This document shows, in pieces, positions 1-10,832 of a stretch of DNA of 64,000 nt. Numbering within the stretch: the stretch's first letter is position 1; the number at the start of each line of letters is the position of its first letter. The notes below the pieces were generated by a model. That model had not been told where the DNA came from, ran no database searches, and saw only the letters and a list, made by a program, of their open reading frames with translations. Where the stretch lies: the IMG/VR virus record IMGVR_UViG_3300042455_001086, positions 193,167 to 257,166 of that record. The stretch is one strand, 5' to 3'. The position numbers and the translations under genes were made by a program.

Positions 1-3000
1 TTAAAAATAATAATATCATTACAATATTCATAATTAGTTACTTGTCCTGTTATATTAAATATTGTTCCTTTATTAAATGTTGGCATATATAATACACCAT
101 TTATCCAATTGTTTTGGAACATATGACTAAATACACCACGACATGCGGCAAAATTTATTCTAAACCTTGCAGACCATTCTAAAAATAATTTTATGTCGTC
201 GTCAATACTAGATATATATGGTTTGTTTAATAGATAATAGCAACCACCCTTTACTTTATCATCTTTTGAACATTCTTGATTTATACCAAAATTAACACCA
301 GAACCAGTATAACATTTTAACTCAACTAACCCATTACAACTTAAAGATTCCACAATTGATGTTCCAATCGCACCAGAATAATCTAAATCTTGTGATACTC
401 CGGTTGAATCTGGACTTGTGGATGTTGTTGAAAGTGGTGCCGATAATATACCCTCATTTGGTATTTTGTATATTGCAAAACTATTATTTTGGTGTAGTGC
501 AAAACTTGTATTTGGATTACCAACAGATCCTTCACTATTCGTTGATGTTGGTAGTCTATCACTTCTCATAATAATACCTTGTGGGTTATTAAAATTAACA
601 CCTGGTAGTGTAGAATATGTGTGATAACCAGGTGAATATAACCACCAATAAACAGGACTCCGATCGTAATCACCACCAATAAATCGATCAGATCTTAATC
701 TTGGACTTATTAAAAATGAACCACCACCAACATAGTAAGATTCTAATGGAGATATTAAATCATTACCTGCTGTATTTTGTGGTCCTGTTGAATCTGTGAG
801 TTGATCATCTTGACGATTATTTGGGTTTGACAGTGAATTTCTAAAAGGTAGCATTAGGTTATATACCTTGAAGTCTCCACCAAACGAAAGGTTTTGATTA
901 AGTCTATTTGTTGTTGGTACAATAAGATTATTTAAATTTAAATTTGTTGCTAATCCTAAATCTGGTCTATAATTACCAGGTAAATTAGAATTATTCCTAT
1001 CTGTTGATAAATAATAATATGGTAATTTTGAGTTTGTATTCGTATATTGAGAGAACAACATAGTGTCTGGAGTAAAGGTAAATGATGGATAATAATTTTT
1101 TCTATCCGTTGGTGAAACACTTGGTGAATTATCATTAGTATTATGTTCAATTGGTTTTAACCCATCAGAATAACCTCTAATTGGATAATTTAATTTAAAT
1201 TTACCTGAAACTTGGACTTGGTTATGATTTGAATAACCAAATATTCGACCTAAACCATATGTTATATTTTGTTTTTCAGTGTAAGGATCCACACCTCTAA
1301 CTAATACCAAAATACTTAACTGGTCCCACTGTTGGCATTGTGTAAATAAAGAAGACCAACTTTGGGTATAATCATCGTTTCCATCAAATTGTTCATAATT
1401 ATATCTTATTCTATGTAAAAGATATTCACTTGGAAAAGAACCTCTTGTTAAGTTACTTTTATTTAAAAATTCCTGAGTTGTCATCCCAGTCACTACTTGG
1501 AAATATTCAATATCACTAACAAATTTATAATTTGTTTTTGTATTCCCTGTTTGTATGATTTGTATTGTTGTTGATAAACTATTATTAGGATTATTAGGAT
1601 TAGCATACCAAATTGTTTTTGATATTGTTGTTCCGGTTGTTGTTGTACCAGTTATAGATGAAGTTCCAAATTCATTTGTTATTGTTCCACCAGTTGAGTC
1701 TGTTAATCCTGTTAATCTTATTAAGTCTGGTGATAATGCTGGATTTTGAAATGTTAATAAATCTCCGGATTGGAATTCTGATGTCATTCCAACATCACAA
1801 AGTAAAATAACGATTTGGTCTTTAAAATTTGGTGACCCATTAACACTTGTTGTAATTTGATTAATACCACCAATACTTGATGAGGCACTATCAAAATATT
1901 TATCCCTCAAATTAAATGAATTTAATTTTTGTGGCCAAGGTTCTGTAACAGGATAACCGAATTCATCCCTACGACGATTACAATCTTCGTTTCTTGTTAT
2001 AAAAGATCTTGAACCTCTTCTCCAAGAAACTGCAGGATCGTCAACACCAGAAAAAATTTGATTATAACTATTTGTCGCTTCTAATGTTACACTAGTTGGG
2101 CACTCATCCTCATACAACTTATTTAAATATGGATTTCTATTATAATTTGCCGTATCTCTACCACATTGGTAATTTGTTGATGTACTAATATTAGCTAATT
2201 TTGAAAAATTACCTTCGCCTGTTCCAGATGCAAAACTTTCAACTTCATCAAAATCTGATCCCCTATCTTCACACGGACAAGCATCACAATCTGGATATGA
2301 AATCATAGGTAATGCAATTTTTGAGAACCCTTTTTTTGCTATAATTTTTGGTGCTATTTTTATTAAAAAAAAGGCTAATATTGCTGAATAAATCACAATA
2401 GCTAAAAGATTACCAATTAACTGACCTAGAGCAAAGGGTACGGCACCTGCAACATTACTCGCCGCTTGTATTATTAGATAAGTTAGTAATAATGGGATGA
2501 ATATTACAATAACCCATTTAAAAATTGGCCAAATTGCCGCAATAAAATGTGCTAAAGATATTAGAATTATTATTGGAAATTTTAAAATAAACAATAATAT
2601 ACTTACGACAAACTCAATAAAATCAAAATTTCTTTGTAGGTCATTTACTGGAAATTTATTATTTTCACTCTGACAAGCTCTATTTGTTATTTCTTTTATA
2701 CCCAAATGTCTTGATCTTCCTTTACCATTTTTATATCTATCAATAAACGAACTTACAGTATATACTTTATTATAATTAAATTCATAAAAAGTATCTTCAC
2801 AATCAATTGCCGATTGTTTATCCGCATAATCATCCCAATCCAAACTAAAGGCGTATGATTTTAACACTTCAAAATAATTTTGTGGTAAAAAAGTAATATT
2901 AAATGTCTGTGATTGTGTGTCATCAATTGGGTTTGAGATAAACTGAATTGTGTCGCCAGCGGTAACCGGTATTGATGTTGTATCACCAAAATATGGTTGT

Positions 3001-4343
3001 CCGTTTATTATAACTGTTAAATTTGATGAATTTATTGTATCTTCAAGTAAATAACCACCAGTCCCAACTACTGGTATTGTTGATCCTGTTACAGTTCCAG
3101 CTGGTAATGTTACTGTTACTTGAGACGCTGAATTAGGATTAAATGGGTCGTTCCCAGATGATGTCCATCCGTGTTCTTTTATATTTGGGACAAGAAAATT
3201 ACCTCTTAAAAAATCATTTTGAATTCCTTGTTCGTTTTGCCATTTGATTTTAAATCTATATTTTCCTTTAGTTGGTATTCCTTTTTTAGGGTCGTTTGAA
3301 ATGACTTGTTGTCCAAACTCATTTGTTATAACATAATTAATATTCATAGGAATATTAATCATCCATGTTCCATTCTCATCAATTAATTTTCCACCCTCTT
3401 CAAATTTAAATTCTTCCAATGCTGGATTTCCGTTGTTGTCAGTAAAAATTGTTTGCCTAATTGCCAATATTTGTCCAGGACCTGCAATTAAATCACACAT
3501 ATTACCAGTATCATTTTTTGGTTTGCAATTTCTTTTAATCGCATCTTCATTTGTTGTCGAAACAATTGAACCCATAAAAACCGCTGTTGGTTCAATTTTA
3601 ATATTTGCTTCGGCCGTTAAATCAAAATCAACTCTTGTAATACCAAATTGACAAATATCAACATCACCCCAAAATGGTGAAACTTCAACAACTCTATTTA
3701 AAGTTTTAATTTGTGGTAATTCACTTAGGTTTGAAGACGATTTAAATCTATTCCCATTTACTTGTGACGGACTAGCAACACCGGCGTCGATTAAATCTTG
3801 TGGTGATAATGAAAAACAACCAATGTCCGATAAATCAACATCCATTACCAATGTTTGAGTTCCGGTTGGAACGCCAAATATCATAAAGTCACCACTATCA
3901 TTTGTCTTTACCGAAAACTTATAATACTTATCATACACTTCAATATATGATTGATCTAGTAAAACTTCTTGTCTTGTTGGGAATGTTCCTGTTGCGGCAT
4001 GAACCGAATAAGATGGGTCTTTTGGTAATAAATTATATCTATAACCTTCTTCATTTAAGTCTGATAAATTTTTATATGGATATAACTCAGAGATTATTGG
4101 ATTTGTTTCATCCTCTTGTGTTAATGGAACGAAAACAGATACTTTAGCGTTTGGAACCCCAAAACCACCATTTACCAATACCCTACCAACAACAACACCA
4201 TAGTCAGAACAAACTCTTGTATAAATGTCAGATTCATTTATTTTTAGTGAAAGTATCTCTAACTGGTCAAAATCTTGTTCTAACTTGACATTTATGTATT
4301 TGTCTTGACCAATTTCGGTTCTTATTCTATATGATTTGGGCAT
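1..4343 (-). CDS. Large (>1447 aa, runs off window) putative virion/baseplate-associated protein with internal hydrophobic multi-helix segment
   Basis: Not in ORF track because it has no stop in the window. ATG at 4343 (MPKSYRIRTEIGQDKYINVKLEQDF...), same frame at the window edge (...INGVLYMPTFNKGTIFNITGQVTNYEYCNDIIIF). N-terminal beta-sandwich-like GRVLVNGGFGVPNAKVSVF...TNDSGDFMIFGVP. Lies directly downstream of the baseplate wedge gene. Confidence 0.75.
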   Translation of the reverse strand, partial: MPKSYRIRTEIGQDKYINVKLEQDFDQLEILSLKINESDIYTRVCSDYGVVVGRVLVNGGFGVPNAKVSVFVPLTQEDETNPIISELYPYKNLSDLNEEGYRYNLLPKDPSYSVHAATGTFPTRQEVLLDQSYIEVYDKYYKFSVKTNDSGDFMIFGVPTGTQTLVMDVDLSDIGCFSLSPQDLIDAGVASPSQVNGNRFKSSSNLSELPQIKTLNRVVEVSPFWGDVDICQFGITRVDFDLTAEANIKIEPTAVFMGSIVSTTNEDAIKRNCKPKNDTGNMCDLIAGPGQILAIRQTIFTDNNGNPALEEFKFEEGGKLIDENGTWMINIPMNINYVITNEFGQQVISNDPKKGIPTKGKYRFKIKWQNEQGIQNDFLRGNFLVPNIKEHGWTSSGNDPFNPNSASQVTVTLPAGTVTGSTIPVVGTGGYLLEDTINSSNLTVIINGQPYFGDTTSIPVTAGDTIQFISNPIDDTQSQTFNITFLPQNYFEVLKSYAFSLDWDDYADKQSAIDCEDTFYEFNYNKVYTVSSFIDRYKNGKGRSRHLGIKEITNRACQSENNKFPVNDLQRNFDFIEFVVSILLFILKFPIIILISLAHFIAAIWPIFKWVIVIFIPLLLTYLIIQAASNVAGAVPFALGQLIGNLLAIVIYSAILAFFLIKIAPKIIAKKGFSKIALPMISYPDCDACPCEDRGSDFDEVESFASGTGEGNFSKLANISTSTNYQCGRDTANYNRNPYLNKLYEDECPTSVTLEATNSYNQIFSGVDDPAVSWRRGSRSFITRNEDCNRRRDEFGYPVTEPWPQKLNSFNLRDKYFDSASSSIGGINQITTSVNGSPNFKDQIVILLCDVGMTSEFQSGDLLTFQNPALSPDLIRLTGLTDSTGGTITNEFGTSSITGTTTTGTTISKTIWYANPNNPNNSLSTTIQIIQTGNTKTNYKFVSDIEYFQVVTGMTTQEFLNKSNLTRGSFPSEYLLHRIRYNYEQFDGNDDYTQSWSSLFTQCQQWDQLSILVLVRGVDPYTEKQNITYGLGRIFGYSNHNQVQVSGKFKLNYPIRGYSDGLKPIEHNTNDNSPSVSPTDRKNYYPSFTFTPDTMLFSQYTNTNSKLPYYYLSTDRNNSNLPGNYRPDLGLATNLNLNNLIVPTTNRLNQNLSFGGDFKVYNLMLPFRNSLSNPNNRQDDQLTDSTGPQNTAGNDLISPLESYYVGGGSFLISPRLRSDRFIGGDYDRSPVYWWLYSPGYHTYSTLPGVNFNNPQGIIMRSDRLPTSTNSEGSVGNPNTSFALHQNNSFAIYKIPNEGILSAPLSTTSTSPDSTGVSQDLDYSGAIGTSIVESLSCNGLVELKCYTGSGVNFGINQECSKDDKVKGGCYYLLNKPYISSIDDDIKLFLEWSARFRINFAACRGVFSHMFQNNWINGVLYMPTFNKGTIFNITGQVTNYEYCNDIIIF

Positions 4344-4417
4344 TAAATTCTACTTTTTTGATAAATAGTTTATTTCCTATTTTAGAAAAATAAGATTAAA
4401 ACCCAATAAATAAATTA

Positions 4418-6256
4418 TTATGAAAAATTCACGGTTTTTAGATTAATTACCCTAACATTAATATCTTTGTTTGGGAATCTAATTTGATAAATCTGTGTTG
4501 GTTCGGCAAAAATTGTGTCGTTAATTAACTGAATTTGTTTTGTTGCCGCATCAGAATATCTTTGTGATGTTTGATTTGATGAATATTGACCCCCAACTTT
4601 ATTGTAGAATCTAATATCTGAAATACTAACAATACCATTTTCGTTTTGAATAATTCTTCTCAATTCTGATACATTAACATTTTGACCCAATTGTCTTGTT
4701 GTAGGGCTAAAGAATGTTGTAACCAAATTAATGAGTTTAGACACAAGCGCACCTTGGTTTTGTGTCGCATCCAAAACAACATCAACATCAATAGATAAAT
4801 CAATCGGATTTGCACTTTCAATGGAAATATAATCATTTATCATTCTATAATTTGAAAGATAATTGGCGACATTATTTTTTAATGTGTTTGATATTGTGTC
4901 AGTTAAATTACCACTAGCGTCAAATGACAACATTTTAATTTTAATCTTATTATTTTCTTCTGTGATTGATACTTTTGCTGGAGCTCCAAATTGTGATGGC
5001 ATTGTTCTAATTAATGACTCATAATCGTTAATCGTTGTTGCTCTATTTTGTGCCGCAAAGTTAAACGAAACCATTTGTCTAACATCTTCTGTTGTTGGTG
5101 CGTTTGCACCCCCAATAGCTGCCGTCACATTATTACATCTCAATGTGTTAATTACACTTCTATTTACACTTTCAGATGGACCATTAACAAAAAATGAAAC
5201 AGTACCAATTTGTGTTATAACATTTGCACCAAGATTTGATGCTTGTCCGCCACCAATTCTATATTGAATAAACAAAGTAGAGTTTGACTTTAATGCCGAA
5301 CCCAATGCTAAATTATTTGAATACTTATTCAAATCAAAAGAATTTCCGGTTCTTGCAAATTCTCTTAATTGTTCTTCAGCCGAAATGTTTCCACCACCAA
5401 ATGTCATTTTTAAATAACCTTCCGGAGTATATTCCGATATGAATTTTGTATTTGTTGTAACATATTTACCAACTTTAATTCCAGGTTGGTCTGATACTTT
5501 TGTTGGGTCTTCAATAAACACCCTATCTTCAGCGAGAGCTTTTACTTCATACCATCTATTATCAAGACCTAAAAATTCTTGTGGTTCTGGAATATTAGTA
5601 TATTGTGTTCCGTCTTTTAAAATAACACTTGTAATACCCAAAACATTTTTTTCTGGTAAAAATAATTCAAAATAAGGTTTTACATCATTTGGTGTAATTA
5701 CTCTTTTGAATACTTTGGTAATACCATTTACAACAACTTCTCTTTTTGTAATTGTATAATTTAATAACTTTCCGTTTGCATCAAAATTTGGTATTTTTAA
5801 TCTATTTGGTGATCCTTCAGCATTAATTGGTGATGCAAAGTCAATATCATATACGGTCTCAAATGGTTGTCCCGCTCCGGACGCTTGTGATCCTCTTCTT
5901 AAAACACCACAGTATCTTAAATCTTCCTTATCACCAAAAGCCGGAACTGTGATTGAAAAATCAACTAATGCAACTGATGGTCTTTGTCCTGGTATTTTTA
6001 ATCCATAAGTTCTTGCTATATTGTAAATTGATGATTTTTGTTGTGCGTATTGTAATACGGTTTCTTGAATACTCCTATCTATTTGGAAATGTAGATTGTC
6101 CGTTACTGCCGCATTTAAGTCCATAAGAACAGAAAACACCCCAGCATCATTGAAATTCTGAATAAGGTCTGGGTAATAAGTTCTTGTAAAATTAATTAAC
6201 TCAGTTCTTATAGTCTGGAAGTCTCTAGCTGTGTATGATATTTTCTTTTCCGCCAT
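4418..6256 (-). CDS. Baseplate wedge protein (T4 gp6 / baseplate J-like)
   Basis: N-terminal ISYTARDFQTIRTELINF, YRIGGG..N, GGANAPTTEDVRQ, QNRATTINDY motifs typical of gp6-like wedge proteins; adjacent to gp25-like gene. Confidence 0.85.
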   Translation of the reverse strand: MAEKKISYTARDFQTIRTELINFTRTYYPDLIQNFNDAGVFSVLMDLNAAVTDNLHFQIDRSIQETVLQYAQQKSSIYNIARTYGLKIPGQRPSVALVDFSITVPAFGDKEDLRYCGVLRRGSQASGAGQPFETVYDIDFASPINAEGSPNRLKIPNFDANGKLLNYTITKREVVVNGITKVFKRVITPNDVKPYFELFLPEKNVLGITSVILKDGTQYTNIPEPQEFLGLDNRWYEVKALAEDRVFIEDPTKVSDQPGIKVGKYVTTNTKFISEYTPEGYLKMTFGGGNISAEEQLREFARTGNSFDLNKYSNNLALGSALKSNSTLFIQYRIGGGQASNLGANVITQIGTVSFFVNGPSESVNRSVINTLRCNNVTAAIGGANAPTTEDVRQMVSFNFAAQNRATTINDYESLIRTMPSQFGAPAKVSITEENNKIKIKMLSFDASGNLTDTISNTLKNNVANYLSNYRMINDYISIESANPIDLSIDVDVVLDATQNQGALVSKLINLVTTFFSPTTRQLGQNVNVSELRRIIQNENGIVSISDIRFYNKVGGQYSSNQTSQRYSDAATKQIQLINDTIFAEPTQIYQIRFPNKDINVRVINLKTVNFS

Positions 6257-6260
6257 ACTA

Positions 6261-6719
6261 TTAAATATTGATTATAACAAAATCAGTTGACTCAAATGCT
6301 TGATTTGTTACTCTATAATTTATTTTTATTTTCGCTGTATGCTCTTTTTCTCCAATACCTTGGACTGTGTATTCTCGTTCTCCTTGTGAATTAACAAATG
6401 TTCCTTTATTTTCTTCACCATCTGAAGCATCTTTAACTTCAATACTTAAAATTTGTAATCCAGGAATATATCTTTCAACCGAATCTCTAATCTCAGCTTC
6501 AATATCTGAAAATGTTGGTCCGTCAAGTGGTTCAAAAATATATTCATATAATCTTGTTCCAAAATCTGGAAGATAATACCTAGTTCCTTTTCTTGTTAAT
6601 AACAAATGAACTAAATTGCTTCTTATTTCTTCATCACCATTATCAGATAAATCCAAGTATCTACCATTAAAAGATTCTCTAAAAGGAAAATTTATTCCGT
6701 ATGTGACTCCATTTGCCAT
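6261..6719 (-). CDS. Baseplate wedge subunit, gp25/GPW-like
   Basis: IRSNLVHLLLTRKGTRYYLPDFGTRLYEYIFEP motif; probable start MANGVTYG at 6719. Confidence 0.9.
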   Translation of the reverse strand: MANGVTYGINFPFRESFNGRYLDLSDNGDEEIRSNLVHLLLTRKGTRYYLPDFGTRLYEYIFEPLDGPTFSDIEAEIRDSVERYIPGLQILSIEVKDASDGEENKGTFVNSQGEREYTVQGIGEKEHTAKIKINYRVTNQAFESTDFVIINI

Positions 6720-6756
6720 ATCCAATAAATATAAGGGTTGGTTATTTTATATAAAC

Positions 6757-6785
6757 AAAAAAAATCACCGATTTCTCAGTGATTC
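6757..6785 (-). terminator. Rho-independent terminator closing the replication/RNR operon
   Basis: Minus strand ATCACTGA-GAAA-TCGGTGAT followed by a T run. Confidence 0.7.
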
Positions 6786-6995
6786 TTTTAAATTTGTATT
6801 ACCTTTTTGGTAAAGTGGCTCATATGGGCAGTGTCTGCAATTGGATCCACAACATTTCCCTCTCTTTATATGGAATGATTCGGTCATAACTATATTACCG
6901 TTTTCATCTTTATAAAAGTCAGGTTCAGGAGATTTTTTTGTCGTCTCCTGAACATATAACTGTTGTATCCAATCTTTTGATGCACTTACTGTCAT
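6765..6995 (-). CDS. Small Cys-rich protein (DUF5522-like)
   Basis: FYKDENGNIVMTESFHIKRGKCCGSNCRHCPY motif. Confidence 0.7.
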   Translation of the reverse strand: MTVSASKDWIQQLYVQETTKKSPEPDFYKDENGNIVMTESFHIKRGKCCGSNCRHCPYEPLYQKGNTNLKESLRNR

Positions 6996-6996
6996 T

Positions 6997-7077
6997 TTAA
7001 TTTTTTTTTCTTAAATTATAGAACGCTAGTAATACTTGATATGTTAGTGTTACATCATTTCCCCAAGTCACTTTCAT
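6997..7077 (-). CDS. Candidate 26-aa small ORF
   Basis: MKVTWGNDVTLTYQVLLAFYNLRKKN fills the gap between the nrdJ stop and the next start almost exactly. Confidence 0.35.
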   Translation of the reverse strand: MKVTWGNDVTLTYQVLLAFYNLRKKN

Positions 7078-7079
7078 AA

Positions 7080-8939
7080 TTAAACAATTTCGCAACCTGA
7101 TGCGCCACAAGCTATTTCTCCGCTTAGGTCGGTATTATCTTGCAACTCAATTACTTTTGTAAGATCAACATTTGTTAATGTTTTAATCAAACTTTCATAT
7201 TCTTCTTGTGTGCAATCTTGAAACGGAGCCTGTGTGTAAGTGCCTCCGTTGAAGGGCAGGACTGATAGGCCATTGTAATATTTTCTATTTTTCCACATCC
7301 AATCACCAACTAAATCCCACTCATCTTCTTTAATTGAAACTGTTGCCGATACATTGTGTGTATTTTGTCCTGTTCTGTGTCCAGATTTAACCCACTCTTG
7401 TGATACTTTTTTCACTCGTTCCAACATTTGGAATACTGATTCATATCTCAAAATTGACCCTTCTGGTGCTCTTTGTGGAATTGTAATTACTGCAGTGTCG
7501 TGTGGACGGAAATATTCGTCTTCAACTAATTCCGGGTGATTGATTGCAAGGTATGAATAAATTGCTTCATTTTTTCCAACTCTAATTCTTCTTAAATAGA
7601 AGTCATTATGCCAAGCGTGAATACCAGATGAAGTTCCCAATACAAGTGATGATGTTCCAGATGGTTTAACTGTTGTTGTTCTAGCAGCTTTGTTAATACC
7701 AATTAATCCGGCAACTCTTTCGTTTTCTTCTTTAACAGCTTGAGCGGCCGCTTTCATATCATAACCCAATACAACTCCAGAACCGATTCCTGTCATTCCA
7801 ACACCAATAAGTGCGTCTTTTTCAGTTGTTCTTTTCCAAACATCTCTCAAGTAATGAAAGTCTGTATATCCAGCTTGTAATGTTCCAATAAATGCAGCAC
7901 CTTTAACTCTTTTTTCAAAATCTTCTTGTGATTCAATATCTGAAGCATTCACCTCACACAAGTTACAGAATTGGTATGGACGAAGTGCGATTTCGCAACA
8001 TGGATTCGTCCCCCAGTCCTTATCATTTGATAAATAAATTCCAGGTTCTCCGGCTCCAGAAAGCTCAATTCTTTTCCACAAGTCCATAAAATACTCTTGT
8101 GTTACTTTATGTCTTAATAATACAGCTGAGTTGTTTGCTCTACCTCTTTGTGGGTTTGATTCCCACCAATTTCCTGACTTACAAGAAATCATTTCATCAT
8201 CATCAGCTGAGAATAATGAAATAAGTGCAGCTCTTCTAATACCACCAGCAAGCACGGCATCAGCAATATGGCATACGATGTCGTGAGTTTCAATTGGTGT
8301 TAATTTATCACCATCATTTTTGTTTTCCAATACTTTTGTAATATTATGAATACAATCTTTTAATGGTTGAGGTCCCGGTGCTTTTCCACCAGAAGTCACA
8401 AGTAATGCTCCTTTTTGACGAATATCTGAAAAATCAAATACCGGTGTTGATGATTTTGAACCCAAATAAGATTCCATTAATACTTTAATTGCGTCAGCCC
8501 AACCTTCAATTGAGTCTCCAATCAAATATCTTCTTGTTCTTGCTGGATTTGGTTTTTTAATTTCTGGTAGTTTATCCACATGGTGTTTTTGAACTGAAAA
8601 CCCAACTCCAGTTCCACCTAAAAGTAAGAACATTGTTTCGGAGAATGCGTCAGTGTGATCAATCGGTAGATAAGCACAGTTATAAACTCTATTTGGTGAG
8701 ATTTCAATTGGTTTTCCGCCGAATTGTAATGATCTCATAGATGGAAGAATTTTTTTATCATATACCATTTTATATACTTCTTCAATCTCATCTTTAATAT
8801 GTGGGTATTTTTTCTGGTGCATTTCTTTGTTTCTTGTCACCAGTTCTTCCCACGTCTCCCTTCTATTTAATTCAGGGACAAATTTGGCGTATTTCATATA
8901 CACCGTAATATCGCTCAATATTTTTTGTGAAATATCCAT
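7080..8939 (-). CDS. nrdJ: Class II (adenosylcobalamin-dependent) ribonucleotide reductase
   Basis: YNCAY, TNPCCEI finger loop, TTVKPSGT, C-terminal CGASGC; no beta subunit adjacent. Confidence 0.9.
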   Translation of the reverse strand: MDISQKILSDITVYMKYAKFVPELNRRETWEELVTRNKEMHQKKYPHIKDEIEEVYKMVYDKKILPSMRSLQFGGKPIEISPNRVYNCAYLPIDHTDAFSETMFLLLGGTGVGFSVQKHHVDKLPEIKKPNPARTRRYLIGDSIEGWADAIKVLMESYLGSKSSTPVFDFSDIRQKGALLVTSGGKAPGPQPLKDCIHNITKVLENKNDGDKLTPIETHDIVCHIADAVLAGGIRRAALISLFSADDDEMISCKSGNWWESNPQRGRANNSAVLLRHKVTQEYFMDLWKRIELSGAGEPGIYLSNDKDWGTNPCCEIALRPYQFCNLCEVNASDIESQEDFEKRVKGAAFIGTLQAGYTDFHYLRDVWKRTTEKDALIGVGMTGIGSGVVLGYDMKAAAQAVKEENERVAGLIGINKAARTTTVKPSGTSSLVLGTSSGIHAWHNDFYLRRIRVGKNEAIYSYLAINHPELVEDEYFRPHDTAVITIPQRAPEGSILRYESVFQMLERVKKVSQEWVKSGHRTGQNTHNVSATVSIKEDEWDLVGDWMWKNRKYYNGLSVLPFNGGTYTQAPFQDCTQEEYESLIKTLTNVDLTKVIELQDNTDLSGEIACGASGCEIV

Positions 8940-8964
8940 TTTTTACAAATTTAATTATTTTTAT

Positions 8965-10344
8965 TTAAGATTTTTGTTCTTTTTGTTGTCTTTTTTCTAA
9001 CAATTCTTTAACCCGTTGTCTTTGTCTTTCTTCTTTTTGTTCTTCAAGACCAAGGAATGTAGTTGTAGATTCAGTATCAATTTCAATCATAGCATTATCA
9101 AACTTGCAATTTTCAAACACCACACCATCATCCCCAATACGAGACTTGGTAATTGCAATTGTGGCCAATTTCATTTCTTTTTGTTGTAATGTCTTTGCTA
9201 CCGAAATAATAACATGTCCTACTTGTGCTTTCTTAATCGAACCACCCATTTGGTCTGTTGTTACAACTTCGGATGAGATTGACGATCTATTTCCTTGGGT
9301 TGCCGTCCAGCCTACAATATTTAACTCATGACACATAGCTTCGAACCCTCTCATTACTGAACCCTCACTCTTCCATTCATCACCAAGGTTTTTGTCCGGA
9401 ACAATACAATCAATGTAATCTAAAACAACCATATCTATTTTATTACCATCAGCAATCATCTTTCTGATTTCATTTTTAATTTGTAACATAGTTACTGTAT
9501 CTGATGGTAATTTTTTCAAATCCAAAGTGTTTTCCATTGTTTCCTCAATTTCTTTTGCTTTTTTCGTTACCTCATCTCTTTTTTCTGACAATTCGTCAGG
9601 GTGAATCTTGGTCCAGAGTGTAAAATGTTTTCTCTGAATCACTTTTGGGTTGTCTTCAAAAAAGATTTGTAAGACATTAAATCCTAGGTTAAATGCGTGG
9701 TTTGAAATCTTTGTAAGAATGGTTGATTTTCCCACTCCGGTAGGGGCAAGGATTACACCAATTTCACCTTTTGCTAGTCCTCCCTTTAACAATCTGTCAA
9801 TACCTGGTATTCCCATCGGAATTGGGTGTCGGTAATCATCTTCTAATACTTGGTCTATGTTTGAAAAAACACTCATTGTTGATGTATCTTTTGAACCAAC
9901 CAATAATGCTTCTCTAACCATTTCTTCAAGTGTGTCATAATTTTCAAACTCACCACCATCAATGATTTTTTGAGCTTTCTTCATTACTTTCTGTAATTCT
10001 TGTTGCTTACAGAATTTTAATGCTTTTTCTTGGACGAAATCGGCCCCATCAATAGGTGCAGACTTGATTTTCTTAATTGTGTCAAGGACAACTTTAACTG
10101 CGGTTTCTTGTTGTAGTTCGGATTTTGCGACTTGTTCTAATGTATCAAAAGAAGGTGTGTGGTCATATTTTTTATAATACTCCTTAACCATTTGAATAAT
10201 GATTTTAAAGTATTTGTTTTCAAAATAACTATTCTCAATTACATCCATAATTGAATGTGAAAAGTCTTTATCTAAAATAATTTGATTAAGTAATTGAATT
10301 TGAAAATTGTTTCCAAGATACTCAAAGTTTTTGTTCGTCGCCAT
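8965..10344 (-). CDS. Replicative DnaB-like (T4 gp41-like) helicase
   Basis: Walker A APTGVGKS, VVLDYID, TATQGNR, KSRIG; AGGAGG upstream of start. Confidence 0.9.
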   Translation of the reverse strand: MATNKNFEYLGNNFQIQLLNQIILDKDFSHSIMDVIENSYFENKYFKIIIQMVKEYYKKYDHTPSFDTLEQVAKSELQQETAVKVVLDTIKKIKSAPIDGADFVQEKALKFCKQQELQKVMKKAQKIIDGGEFENYDTLEEMVREALLVGSKDTSTMSVFSNIDQVLEDDYRHPIPMGIPGIDRLLKGGLAKGEIGVILAPTGVGKSTILTKISNHAFNLGFNVLQIFFEDNPKVIQRKHFTLWTKIHPDELSEKRDEVTKKAKEIEETMENTLDLKKLPSDTVTMLQIKNEIRKMIADGNKIDMVVLDYIDCIVPDKNLGDEWKSEGSVMRGFEAMCHELNIVGWTATQGNRSSISSEVVTTDQMGGSIKKAQVGHVIISVAKTLQQKEMKLATIAITKSRIGDDGVVFENCKFDNAMIEIDTESTTTFLGLEEQKEERQRQRVKELLEKRQQKEQKS

Positions 10345-10378
10345 AATTTTTTCCTCCTATCAGTAATGATAAATACTA

Positions 10379-10828
10379 CTAGTTTTGAATAAATTGTGGA
10401 TAAAAATAATTAAAATTTTTACCTGAAAAAATGTCAGTTAGTTCACCTAATATTGTTTTTAGCTTTGGGCGTAGGTCTACGGTGTATCTGACCTTTGGTG
10501 GGTATGGTTTTGCATCAAATATCCTATGACAAATTGTCATATTTTCTACCTTAATATAAAGGTTAAAATTTTCGTCACCCTCGGTAATTGATGTATTTAA
10601 CACATCTGGGTTTTCAAAAATTTCATACTGATTATCCAACATATAGACAATAGATCTCATCTTCAAATTATATTGAAGTTCATTACAAAACGACTTAATA
10701 TAATCATAAAACTCTTCTGATTTATGTGCGGTTTTATTAAACCCTTTCACATTAAAAAATCTTTGAACTACGATGTTTTCATTACACATTAACAAAAATT
10801 CAACTTTTGTTATATCCTGATCTCTCAT
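10379..10828 (-). CDS. Hypothetical protein in replication operon
   Basis: 149-aa ORF tightly packed between exonuclease and helicase. Confidence 0.7.
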   Translation of the reverse strand: MRDQDITKVEFLLMCNENIVVQRFFNVKGFNKTAHKSEEFYDYIKSFCNELQYNLKMRSIVYMLDNQYEIFENPDVLNTSITEGDENFNLYIKVENMTICHRIFDAKPYPPKVRYTVDLRPKLKTILGELTDIFSGKNFNYFYPQFIQN

Positions 10829-10832
10829 TTTT

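Noticed and set aside
356-4147. Short ORFs listed in the first 4.3 kb
   Set aside because: All overlap the single large minus-strand ORF that runs off the window
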